Positions 9,453 through 17,402 of a DNA stretch of 64,000 nucleotides are shown here, piece by piece. Made by a program: the position numbers and the translations under genes. Source of the DNA: Clostridia bacterium (GTDB lineage: Bacteria; Bacillota; Clostridia; Christensenellales; QALW01); the NCBI GenBank assembly GCA_045594045.1, contig JAZNXV010000032.1, positions 14,164 through 78,163 on the forward strand, in the 5' to 3' direction. The notes beneath the pieces were generated by a model, which did no database searches, was not told the origin of the DNA, and saw only the letters and a list, made by a program, of their open reading frames with translations. How positions within the stretch are numbered: the first letter of the stretch is position 1; each line of letters opens with the position of its first letter.

Positions 9453-10562
9453 TTATGGGTTAGGAGTAACGACCTCAAGCTTTACAAATTGTGTATTACA
9501 TTCCGGCATTCTGTCACCTACTACCACAATTTCGCCCGCAGCAATTTTATTTTTTAAGGTGTTGTAATCTTCAACAGTAAAGTCCTTAAAAAGCCATAGA
9601 CCTTCGGAATCGGGAAGATACACGTAATTACCGTTTTGGAGTCCAAAGTAAGCAACCATGCCTCCCATTTTTTCCGTCCACTCACCTGCAAGAAGCATTT
9701 CAAGAGTGGCATCAACGCCCTCGGCAATACCTTTCATCGCGCTAGTCATAAAGGGATTGTAATCGTGCGTTTCGCCTACGTAAGATTGGTCGTTATTTGT
9801 GCCGATTAAGTATCCCAAGTGGTCAACTGCCTTTTGAGCGCATTGACCTGCGAACTCATCAGCCGAAGAAACCAGGATTATTTCCGTGCCCCCTGCATAC
9901 CAGCCTTCCACCGCAGTTAAGGCTTCTTCACGGGAAGCATAATCGGAAATATAGCCGAACTTAATCTCTATATTTTTATTTAACGCTACTGCCGCATCGT
10001 TTGCGCCGTGCACAAAGCCGTAACCGTAATTCGAATAAGCGTTTGCCTTATGGTCACCTAAGAAGCCAAGCTTAGTAAAACCGTCCTTAACTGCACCGTA
10101 GCCGGCAAGGTATCCGCTTTGGCATTGCCTGAACATTACGCAATGGGTGTTGCTTGCAACAGTGCCGATATCGGCTTCTGAAACGTCAAGCGCAATAAAC
10201 TTAACGTTTGGGTGAGCGCCCTGCATTTTTGCAATTACAGGTGCAAATTCATCCCCCATACTGATAACAACCGTAGCACCCTGGCTGATTGCGGCTGTAA
10301 ATTGCGCGGTAATTTTTTCTTCCGTCATATTTTCGGGCTGATAATAGCCGTAGCTGATACCGTTTGCTTCGCCGCAGGAAACAACGCCTTCCCAAACGGA
10401 AGCATATCTGAAATCGGTTTCAAGTTCGGTATCCATAGTAATGAGTGCTATTTTGCTTATAGGCTCAACAATGCCCGTTTGTGCGTCATTCGTCTTGCAG
10501 CCGGAAAAAGAAGCCAACGCAACAACAAGCACAAAAACTAAAATACTTTTTAACTTAGCCAT
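9453..10562 (-). CDS. BMP-family ABC transporter substrate-binding lipoprotein (PnrA/Med-like)
   Basis: 369 aa with a lipoprotein signal peptide and lipobox (ASFSGC) and a Bmp-family periplasmic binding fold sequence. Confidence 0.85.
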   Translation of the reverse strand: MAKLKSILVFVLVVALASFSGCKTNDAQTGIVEPISKIALITMDTELETDFRYASVWEGVVSCGEANGISYGYYQPENMTEEKITAQFTAAISQGATVVISMGDEFAPVIAKMQGAHPNVKFIALDVSEADIGTVASNTHCVMFRQCQSGYLAGYGAVKDGFTKLGFLGDHKANAYSNYGYGFVHGANDAAVALNKNIEIKFGYISDYASREEALTAVEGWYAGGTEIILVSSADEFAGQCAQKAVDHLGYLIGTNNDQSYVGETHDYNPFMTSAMKGIAEGVDATLEMLLAGEWTEKMGGMVAYFGLQNGNYVYLPDSEGLWLFKDFTVEDYNTLKNKIAAGEIVVVGDRMPECNTQFVKLEVVTPNP

Positions 10563-11088
10563 TGAATTTTTTCACCTTTACTGCAATCCAAACGTTAATC
10601 AAGCCCTCTGCAATAAGCATAATGCCTACTAAAAGCGCAAGTGTTTGTATCGCCTGATTTTTAATTATAATAAGAACTATTCCGCTTGCCAGAATTAAAA
10701 GCGAAAAAACAAGCGAAACGTACCAATATTTATAATTGCTTTTGCGCAAAGAAGCCGTGCATTGAAGGTCAATAATACCGTGATAAATAATGATAATACC
10801 GATAGCAACTGCAACAATATTTTGAAGCACTCTGGGATCAACAATAAAATAAATGCCTACAGCGCACAGAACAAGACCGATCAAAAGAGAGTATCTGTTT
10901 TCGCTCGAAGCTTCTTTAAGATATTTTGCAATGCTTATTCCACCTAAAACAGTAATAATAAGGCCTAACCCGATGCAAACAGCGTCAATAGCAACGGAAT
11001 AGAAAACAGTTATCAAAAGGCCCGCAAGCACCGTGATAATTGCAGAAAGCATATAATCCTTCCATAAAGCAGAAAAAAATTCCTTCAT
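10555..11088 (-). CDS. HdeD/DUF308 family membrane protein
   Basis: Six predicted TM helices in the repeating DUF308 pattern. The likely start is ATG 11088, preceded by AGGAGG. It overlaps the downstream BMP gene by 8 nt. Confidence 0.7.
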   Translation of the reverse strand: MKEFFSALWKDYMLSAIITVLAGLLITVFYSVAIDAVCIGLGLIITVLGGISIAKYLKEASSENRYSLLIGLVLCAVGIYFIVDPRVLQNIVAVAIGIIIIYHGIIDLQCTASLRKSNYKYWYVSLVFSLLILASGIVLIIIKNQAIQTLALLVGIMLIAEGLINVWIAVKVKKFNG

Positions 11089-11329
11089 TTTTAAGCCTCC
11101 TTGCCGTGTTTTTACGTATATTTTTTCCAAAAATTCTTTAAGAATCTACATAGTTTTACATTGTATAATAATTATATACTAACAAAACTCAATTGTCAAT
11201 GTAATATTTTTGTAATAATTTAACTTTCTGTCGCATAGCACAGAAAAGTGTAATATTAATCATTCACTATTCATTGTCTGCGGCTTCACTTATGCTGTAA
11301 GCTTTGACGATGCTTAAGAGGATTTCTTG

Positions 11330-11358
11330 TTGACCTTTTAAGCAAAAAAGTGTAGAAT
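11330..11358 (+). promoter_or_regulatory. sigma-A-type promoter for yhbY
   Basis: TTGACC (11330-11335), 17-bp spacer, TAGAAT (11353-11358). Confidence 0.55.
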
Positions 11359-11389
11359 GTACTTAAATAATTAAAAAAGGAAAAAATAT

Positions 11390-11686
11390 ATGCTTACAAG
11401 TAAACAACGTGCCAAGCTTCGCGCTTGCGCAAACAAAATGGATACAATTTTTCAAATAGGCAAGGACGGTATAAATGAAAATCTTATCTCACAGGTTAGC
11501 GATGCATTAACTGCCAGAGAGCTTATAAAGCTTCGCGTGCTTGAAACCGCGCCTTTAGATGCAAGAGAAGCTGCTTTTGCTTTAGCAGATGCCACAAACA
11601 GCGAAAGTGTACAGATTATTGGCACACGTTTTGTGCTTTACAGAGAGAATAAGGATAAGGCGGCATACCAAGACTTACTCAAATAA
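11390..11686 (+). CDS. yhbY: ribosome assembly RNA-binding protein YhbY (CRM domain)
   Basis: 98 aa; LTSKQRAKLRACANKMDTIFQIGKDGI is typical of YhbY/CRS1. Confidence 0.85.
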   Translation: MLTSKQRAKLRACANKMDTIFQIGKDGINENLISQVSDALTARELIKLRVLETAPLDAREAAFALADATNSESVQIIGTRFVLYRENKDKAAYQDLLK

Positions 11687-11719
11687 TTCTGTGCCCAAAA
11701 TAAGTTTTTAAAACAAAAA

Positions 11720-11766
11720 AAAGCTATCTGAAGAACTTTACCGTTCAGATAGCTTTTTATTTTTTG
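11720..11766 (+). terminator. rho-independent terminator after yhbY
   Basis: Stem AAGCTATCTGAA / TTCAGATAGCTT followed by a long T-run. Confidence 0.8.
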
Positions 11767-11825
11767 TTTTGCCTTTCAGTTCAGATTGGCTTTTATTCAA
11801 TTTACCGTTTTATCTAATTTTTATT

Positions 11826-12959
11826 TTATCCAAGCCAGCTTTTTCTGTCTTTATCAAGGGAAATGTTGGTTGTACCGTAAAGCAACTTTTGCAGTTCCTG
11901 CGCTGCCAAGGGATAGTCCACTTTCCAATACCAAACCTTATTGCCGTTTTCTTTAACCGTGAATTCGCCTGCACAATTTTTATTTGGGAAGCTTGTTTGA
12001 ATTAATTTATAATCAAACCAACCATTTGTAAGAGCGTCTGCCGCCAATGAAAGCATCTGATTGGAGTTGTATCCCGTGCGAATATACGGCACAAGTTCAC
12101 CTATTACCGAAAGAAGCTTTGCTTTATCAAATTGCTTAAGCTTGTTTAAAATTTCCTTTATAACTGTTTGCTGGCGCAAAACTCTGGCTTCATCTCCGCC
12201 TGTTTGATGGCGTATGCGCATATAAATAAGAGCATCTTCCCCGGAAAGAGTATTTGCTCCCACCGAAACGCTTGTGCCCCAATAGGTGTTCATATAGTCG
12301 GCTTCCGTTTTGGTTATCTCTACGTTAACACCGCCCAAAGAATCAATTATTTTAGGTAGCGAATAAAAGTTTACAAGAGCATAATTATCAATAACCACTT
12401 TGTAGTATTTTTCAAGAACTTCTATTTGCGCCTTGGGTCCGCCGTAAGCATTTGCATGGTGCAGTTTTTCAAATTTTTTGTGGGTTCCCCACTCAATGTA
12501 GCTGTATTGGTCTCGCATAATTGATGCAAGAGTTATGGTTTTTGTTTTATGGTTAAGTGAAAACATTACCATTGCATCTGCTCGAGAATTCGTTTGCATA
12601 TTTTTTGATTCAACGTCAATACCTATGAGCAAGATGTTTGTAACGTCATTGCTTTTTGCTGCAACACCCGTGTTTGCCCAAGCCATAATATTTTCCTGCA
12701 GACTGGTAAGCTCGTCCTTATGCACAACGCCTTCCTTATCAGGCGCAAGGCCGCTGATTATCTGCTTGTCGGGCTCGGTTATCTGCCCCGAATTTATGTC
12801 CACACCGCCGCTTGCCGTATAGCCGTCACCGTCGGTCATTTGTGAAGCAAACATAGTCCACGCACCGTAAGCTACACCAAGCACCGCTATGGCAATAGCG
12901 AGAGCAACGGTTATTATTTGAAACAGTAAGCTTACCTTATCGTCAGTCTGGAAAAGCAA
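11826..12959 (-). CDS. LCP (LytR-CpsA-Psr) family cell-envelope polymer transferase
   Basis: 377 aa with an N-terminal TM anchor and an LCP core (NILLIGIDVES...RADAMVMFSLN, SIMRD). Confidence 0.85.
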   Translation of the reverse strand: MLFQTDDKVSLLFQIITVALAIAIAVLGVAYGAWTMFASQMTDGDGYTASGGVDINSGQITEPDKQIISGLAPDKEGVVHKDELTSLQENIMAWANTGVAAKSNDVTNILLIGIDVESKNMQTNSRADAMVMFSLNHKTKTITLASIMRDQYSYIEWGTHKKFEKLHHANAYGGPKAQIEVLEKYYKVVIDNYALVNFYSLPKIIDSLGGVNVEITKTEADYMNTYWGTSVSVGANTLSGEDALIYMRIRHQTGGDEARVLRQQTVIKEILNKLKQFDKAKLLSVIGELVPYIRTGYNSNQMLSLAADALTNGWFDYKLIQTSFPNKNCAGEFTVKENGNKVWYWKVDYPLAAQELQKLLYGTTNISLDKDRKSWLG

Positions 12960-13009
12960 TTTTTTTCACCTCGCTGAACTCATTTTAGCATATTTATTTT
13001 AATTTAACA

Positions 13010-13047
13010 ATAAAAAAATATCTGCGCCTATCTTTTTACGCAGATAT
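13010..13047 (-). terminator. terminator after the SLOG-family gene
   Basis: Stem ATATCTGCG / CGCAGATAT, with a T-run on the minus strand. Confidence 0.6.
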
Positions 13048-13073
13048 GAATTTTTTTGTTGAGTTTTGAAAGT

Positions 13074-13406
13074 TTAATCTATTCTTATCACTACAACCTT
13101 TTTATTAAACTTTTTAAATAATTCTACGGTGTAGAGAGTTCCCCTTGATTTTCCGTCCCAAACCGCCAAACATTCGTCGGCATATTCGGCTATCTGTTTA
13201 TTTCTTTTAAACGGAGCTCCTTTTAAATATCTTTTGTAATCCGCTAAAAACACCGTAATTTTTAGGTTGTTTTCCTTTGCAAATTTCTCTGCAGCTTTAT
13301 CTATTCCTTTAGCTCCTCCCGATACTATTTCATCAACCTCGCCTGAGACGTATTTTTTCAAGTCAACACTTTCTATATTCCTTGAACCTATAATTGCCAG
13401 CTTCAT
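13074..13406 (-). CDS. SLOG-superfamily protein (DUF2493/YspA-like)
   Basis: About 110 aa starting at MKLAIIGSRN. It carries the GGAKGID motif and WDGKSRGT, typical of DUF2493 SLOG domains. The ORF track starts 14 codons earlier. Confidence 0.6.
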   Translation of the reverse strand: MKLAIIGSRNIESVDLKKYVSGEVDEIVSGGAKGIDKAAEKFAKENNLKITVFLADYKRYLKGAPFKRNKQIAEYADECLAVWDGKSRGTLYTVELFKKFNKKVVVIRID

Positions 13407-13505
13407 TTTAAACCTACTTTGAACATATTTTATGTTTATATTTAACATTTTAACCTAAAATAGTTATAAAGTAAAGCTATATTTTGTTTATTAAGGAGTT
13501 ATTTT

Positions 13506-13661
13506 ATGGCTATTAAAAGTTTATCAATAAGAATTGACGAAGAAATGCTCGACAAGCTGCACGTGGTTGCAGATTACGAAGGAAGAAGTGCAAACAGTCA
13601 GATTTTAATTTTAATCAGAGATTGTATTGAAAAATACGAAAAGGATCACGGTAAAATCTGA
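13506..13661 (+). CDS. ribbon-helix-helix (Arc/CopG-type) DNA-binding protein, 51 aa
   Basis: Found by own translation, because it is below the ORF-track size cutoff: MAIKSLSIRIDEEMLDKLHVVADYEGRSANSQILILIRDCIEKYEKDHGKI. AGGAG precedes the ATG, and the pattern is beta-strand then two helices. Confidence 0.6.
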   Translation: MAIKSLSIRIDEEMLDKLHVVADYEGRSANSQILILIRDCIEKYEKDHGKI

Positions 13662-13720
13662 TATAAAAACCACTGCACATTTTTTAGCAAAATTTTTAAG
13701 TTGTTTCACTCTGAATATTT

Positions 13721-13756
13721 AACGGCATCTTCTTTTTGAAGCTGCCGTTTTTTTAT
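13721..13756 (+). terminator. rho-independent terminator after the RHH gene
   Basis: 12-bp stem (one mismatch) AACGGCATCTTC / GAAGCTGCCGTT followed by T7. Confidence 0.7.
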
Positions 13757-13782
13757 TGCGCTGTTGTTTTCTTGTGCAATAT

Positions 13783-14853
13783 TTAATCTTCCCCGCCGTT
13801 TTCAAGCTGACCTGTACTGCCTGCTAAAATAAGGGCAGAAATAATTTCGTCCATTTCGCCCTGCAAAAAGTAGTCAAGCTTATAAAGGGTTACCCCTACT
13901 CTGTGGTCGGTAACTCTGCCTTGGGGGAAGTTATAAGTTCTTATTCTTTCGCTTCGGTCACCTGAGCCTACCTGCGCTTTACGGTTGGCACTGTACTCAT
14001 TGTCGGCAATAGTGCGGTAATAATCGTAAACCCTTGATTTTAAAACCTTCATAGCTTTTTCGCGGTTTTTAATCTGGGAACGCTCGTCCTGACAGTCAAC
14101 CTCAATACCCGTGGGCAAATGCACCATACGAATTGCTGATTCAGTTTTATTAACGTGCTGACCGCCTGCACCGCTAGAGCGGTGTGTTTCAATTAAAAGG
14201 TCTTCGGGATTAATGGTAATATCAATATCTTCCGCTTCGGGAAGCACCGCAACGGTTGCCGCAGAGGTATGAATTCTGCCGCCTGACTCTGTAACGGGAA
14301 CTCTCTGAACTCTATGGGCGCCGCTTTCATATTTTAAGTGGCGGAAAACTTCCTTACCTGAAACAAGACAAACTGCTTCCTTTATTCCGCCTATTTCAGT
14401 TTCGCTAAGGCTTGTTATTTCAAAGCTCCAGCCCTTTTTCTCGCAGTACTTCATATACATTTTCAAAAGGTCAGAGCCGAACAGCGCCGCCTCTTCGCCA
14501 CCCGTTCCTGCGCGAATTTCAAGCACAACGTTTTTATCGTCGTCAGGGTCACGGGGCGCAAGAAGCTCTTTTAATTCTTGCTCCAAGCTATCAAAGCGCG
14601 GCTTTAACTCATCGAGCTCCAAAAGTGCCATTTCCTTCATTTCCTGGTCGCCAGAATCAATAAGCTCGTTAGCTTCGTCAATCTGATTTTTAACAGAAGT
14701 AAATTCTTCGTATTTTTCCATTATTTCGGCAAGGCGGGAATGTTCCTTTGCAAGCTCTTGCCAAAGTTTTCTGTCTGCAATTACGTCAGGCTCGCTCAAC
14801 TTTTGGTTAAGCTCCTGAAAACGTATTGACATTTCTTCAAGTTTTTCTAACAT
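13783..14853 (-). CDS. prfA: peptide chain release factor 1
   Basis: 356 aa with the GGQ motif ([10 protein letters not shown]) and the PxT-region RF1 sequence. Confidence 0.95.
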   Translation of the reverse strand: MLEKLEEMSIRFQELNQKLSEPDVIADRKLWQELAKEHSRLAEIMEKYEEFTSVKNQIDEANELIDSGDQEMKEMALLELDELKPRFDSLEQELKELLAPRDPDDDKNVVLEIRAGTGGEEAALFGSDLLKMYMKYCEKKGWSFEITSLSETEIGGIKEAVCLVSGKEVFRHLKYESGAHRVQRVPVTESGGRIHTSAATVAVLPEAEDIDITINPEDLLIETHRSSGAGGQHVNKTESAIRMVHLPTGIEVDCQDERSQIKNREKAMKVLKSRVYDYYRTIADNEYSANRKAQVGSGDRSERIRTYNFPQGRVTDHRVGVTLYKLDYFLQGEMDEIISALILAGSTGQLENGGED

Positions 14854-14856
14854 TTA

Positions 14857-15714
14857 TTATTCCTCGTAAAAACAATATACTATGCGGTCAAGATTATCGT
14901 AATCTTTTATAATATAACTATCCACAAACCCTGCCTTAGAAAGCAATGCTTTTAATGCATCACCTTGGTCAAAGCCTATTTCAAACATAAGCATTCCGTT
15001 GTTGTTTAAGTGATTTTTCGCTTCTGCAATTATATCGCGGTAAAAGTCGAGCCCGTCGCTACCGCCGTCAAGAGCGTTTTGCGGTTCAAAGGAAAGCTCT
15101 CGCTCAAGTTTTTCCAAATCCTTTGTAGGTATGTAAGGAGGATTTGAAATTATACAATCAAATTTTCTGTTTTGAACGGCAGAAAATAAATCGCTTTCCA
15201 AAAGCTCTATTTGAGCAGAGTTCATTTTTGCATTTTCTTCAGCTAAAGAAAGCGCTTTTTTGCTTATATCTACAGCGCAAACGGAAAGTCCCGGCGCATT
15301 GACTTTGCAAGCTATAGCAATGGCTCCTGAGCCTGTACCGATATCAAGCATCGACTTGTACCCGTTTTTATTAATATAGTCTATTGCCGTTTCAACTAAA
15401 ATTGCCGTTTCATCACGCGGTATCAACGCGCGCGAGTCAGTTTTCAGTTCAATATTATAAAAAGGAACTGTGCCGAAAATATATTGCAATGGCTCTCTGC
15501 TTGCTCTACGAGCTAAAATGCTCTCAAGCATTTTTACTTGATTTTCAGTTAGCTCTTTTTCGCCTTCAAAATGAAGCTCGCTTCTTGTTAGGGCACAAAC
15601 TGCGCACACAATCCAGGCGGCATCAACGTCTCTGTCGGGCACACAGTTTAAAACCTTTTTAGCGTGTGCCAATGCTTCTTTAACCGTCATTTTATCCTTG
15701 CTCGCCATCTGCAT
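14857..15714 (-). CDS. prmC: release-factor glutamine N5-methyltransferase PrmC/HemK
   Basis: NPPY motif (ISNPPYIP) and SAM-binding motif DIGTGSG. The likely start is at MQMASKDK (15714 or 15708). The longer ORF-track N-terminus is an out-of-frame read of the upstream gene's repeat. Confidence 0.9.
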   Translation of the reverse strand: MQMASKDKMTVKEALAHAKKVLNCVPDRDVDAAWIVCAVCALTRSELHFEGEKELTENQVKMLESILARRASREPLQYIFGTVPFYNIELKTDSRALIPRDETAILVETAIDYINKNGYKSMLDIGTGSGAIAIACKVNAPGLSVCAVDISKKALSLAEENAKMNSAQIELLESDLFSAVQNRKFDCIISNPPYIPTKDLEKLERELSFEPQNALDGGSDGLDFYRDIIAEAKNHLNNNGMLMFEIGFDQGDALKALLSKAGFVDSYIIKDYDNLDRIVYCFYEE

Positions 15715-16825
15715 CAGTTTTAGTTTCTTTGTCTTCGATTGTTGAATCAGTTTCGGGCGCTTCTGCTTTAGTCTCTTCGTCTTCGATTGTTGAATCAGCT
15801 TCAGATGCTTCTGCTTTAGTTTCTTCAGCTTCCTTTGGTTCTTCCATAAGACCATCCATATACAAAACGTGCTTAAAGCTGGTTAAGGATACCTCAAGCA
15901 TACTGTCGTCAGGCTCTCTTGTTGAAAGCTTTTGCAGCAGCATTCCCGGTGCACGAAGAATTCTAAAGCACACGTTATCGCTTAATGCCAAAAGCTTTAA
16001 AATTTCATACGATATACCCGAAACAAGCGGAAGGAGTAATATTTTTACTCCAATACGCACAACCATCGCGCCCATTGTGGCGTTATTAAGCCCGAAAAGG
16101 TTGTCTGCCACCGATGCAACCAAAATACCCAAAACCATTATTATAAACATAAACGACGTGCCGCAACGGGGATGAGAAGTTGAATATTTACGTGCATTTT
16201 CAACCGTAAGTTCTTCGCCGTGCTCATAGCATGAAATCACCTTATGCTCTGCTCCGTGATACATAAAAATACGCTTAATATCCTTCATAAAGCCAACGCC
16301 CCAAAGGTATAAAAGGAAAATTCCTATTTTTATTACACCTTCAATTACGTTAAGCAAAAGCTTAATACCTAATGTCGCATTTTCGGGAGTAATGCCGTTT
16401 AAATTAAAAACAAACCAAAATAATCTTGATGCAAGAGAAGGCAACACAATAAACAGCGTTATTGAAAGCGCCAAGCCTAAAACAATACCTAAAACTATAG
16501 CAACTGTTTCAAGCTTTATTTTAAAGGTATCGGAAAGCCATTTTTCAAATTTTGAAGATTGCTCGTCTTCAAGCAAATCCTCACCATACATTTCTGCCGA
16601 TTGGCTTGTAAGGTTCATTCCCTGAATAAAGGAATCAACAAAGGCAAACACACCACGCACAACGGGGATTTTACCTATAACCCTTCGCCAAGGCTTTTGA
16701 GTAAGGCGTCTTTTTTCCACAACGATTGTACCGTCGCTTCTGCGCACAGACATAACAAGTGATTTTTGTGAGCGCATCATTACGCCTTCCATAACGGCTT
16801 GACCGCCGATAGATGTATATTTCAT
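15692..16825 (-). CDS. DUF1385 (YqhQ-like) membrane protein with repetitive acidic C-terminal tail
   Basis: The start MKYTSIGGQAVMEGVMMRS is the typical DUF1385 N-terminus. It shows conserved linkage upstream of prmC-prfA. The tail is EETKAEA[SP]E[AT]DSTIED x2. Confidence 0.8.
   Translation of the reverse strand: MKYTSIGGQAVMEGVMMRSQKSLVMSVRRSDGTIVVEKRRLTQKPWRRVIGKIPVVRGVFAFVDSFIQGMNLTSQSAEMYGEDLLEDEQSSKFEKWLSDTFKIKLETVAIVLGIVLGLALSITLFIVLPSLASRLFWFVFNLNGITPENATLGIKLLLNVIEGVIKIGIFLLYLWGVGFMKDIKRIFMYHGAEHKVISCYEHGEELTVENARKYSTSHPRCGTSFMFIIMVLGILVASVADNLFGLNNATMGAMVVRIGVKILLLPLVSGISYEILKLLALSDNVCFRILRAPGMLLQKLSTREPDDSMLEVSLTSFKHVLYMDGLMEEPKEAEETKAEASEADSTIEDEETKAEAPETDSTIEDKETKTDADGEQG
15731..15826. 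repeat. 48-bp tandem duplication (2 full copies plus a partial copy at 15709-15730)
   Basis: Copies at 15731-15778 and 15779-15826 are about 88% identical by eye. They encode the 16-aa acidic repeat of the DUF1385 protein. Confidence 0.85.
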
Positions 16826-17059
16826 AAACACACTCCGTAACATAATAATATATAATAGTATAATATAAAAACCCCGTATTTGCAAGTGAAGAAATAGCGA
16901 ATTATTTTTATTTTTTGCGTACCTATAATGAATATTGCTTCACAAATATTTTTACCGACCGCGGTTATGCCTCCGCCCATTAAGTTATTATGCCGCAAAA
17001 TATCTTAATACCAACATAATTTTGTTGCAAAGTTTTTTCATTTTATCAATTTTAGGGTA

Positions 17060-17088
17060 TTGACTTTTTACTTTCGCTATGGTATCAT
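17060..17088 (+). promoter_or_regulatory. sigma-A-type promoter of the ATPase-mgtC operon
   Basis: TTGACT (17060-17065), 17-bp spacer, TATCAT (17083-17088). Confidence 0.65.
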
Positions 17089-17096
17089 AATCAAGA

Positions 17097-17402
17097 ATAA
17101 GGGAGTAATCAGCGCTTTTATGCGTGATAAGGTCAACAAACCGTAAGCAAGCCTCAACAGTTTTTTGTTAAGATAAGCTTTCTGGCCTTACTTTAATGAT
17201 AAGACTTATCCCCACTGCTGCGGAGGATAGGTCTTTGTTTATTTTACATATTTTTCGGTCTTTAGACTTTTTGTATAGGCATCAAAAGCTGATTACACTT
17301 TGCCGCTCTCTTGTGATATTAAAATTTTTATAGCAAACAAAAGTGTAGTTTACCGTTTTTAAGGCAAACTAAACGTATAATATTTTTTAAGGAGTTTTCT
17401 GA
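17097..17402 (+). promoter_or_regulatory. long (~300 nt) structured 5' leader of the P-type ATPase; unclassified candidate riboswitch/attenuator
   Basis: There is no ORF apart from an 8-codon mini-ORF. A perfect 9-bp long-range pairing, GTAATCAGC (17105-17113) with GCTGATTAC (17288-17296), is extendable and encloses about 190 nt containing nested helices. Confidence 0.45.

Noticed and set aside
14857-15855. A 332-aa PrmC with a Lys-rich repetitive N-terminus
   Set aside because: The extra 47 codons are the out-of-frame reading of the upstream gene's 48-bp tandem repeat. The conserved PrmC sequence starts at about MQMASKDK (15714).
17097-17402. Calling the ATPase leader an M-box (Mg2+) or yybP-ykoY (Mn2+) riboswitch
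   Set aside because: Short similarities exist (GGUCAACA, CUGCUGC, GGGAGUA, AGCAAGCC). However, the M-box GUUAGGUGAGGC core is absent and the shared words occur in the wrong order. I also could not build the yybP-ykoY four-way junction. The region is kept only as an unclassified leader pending cmscan.
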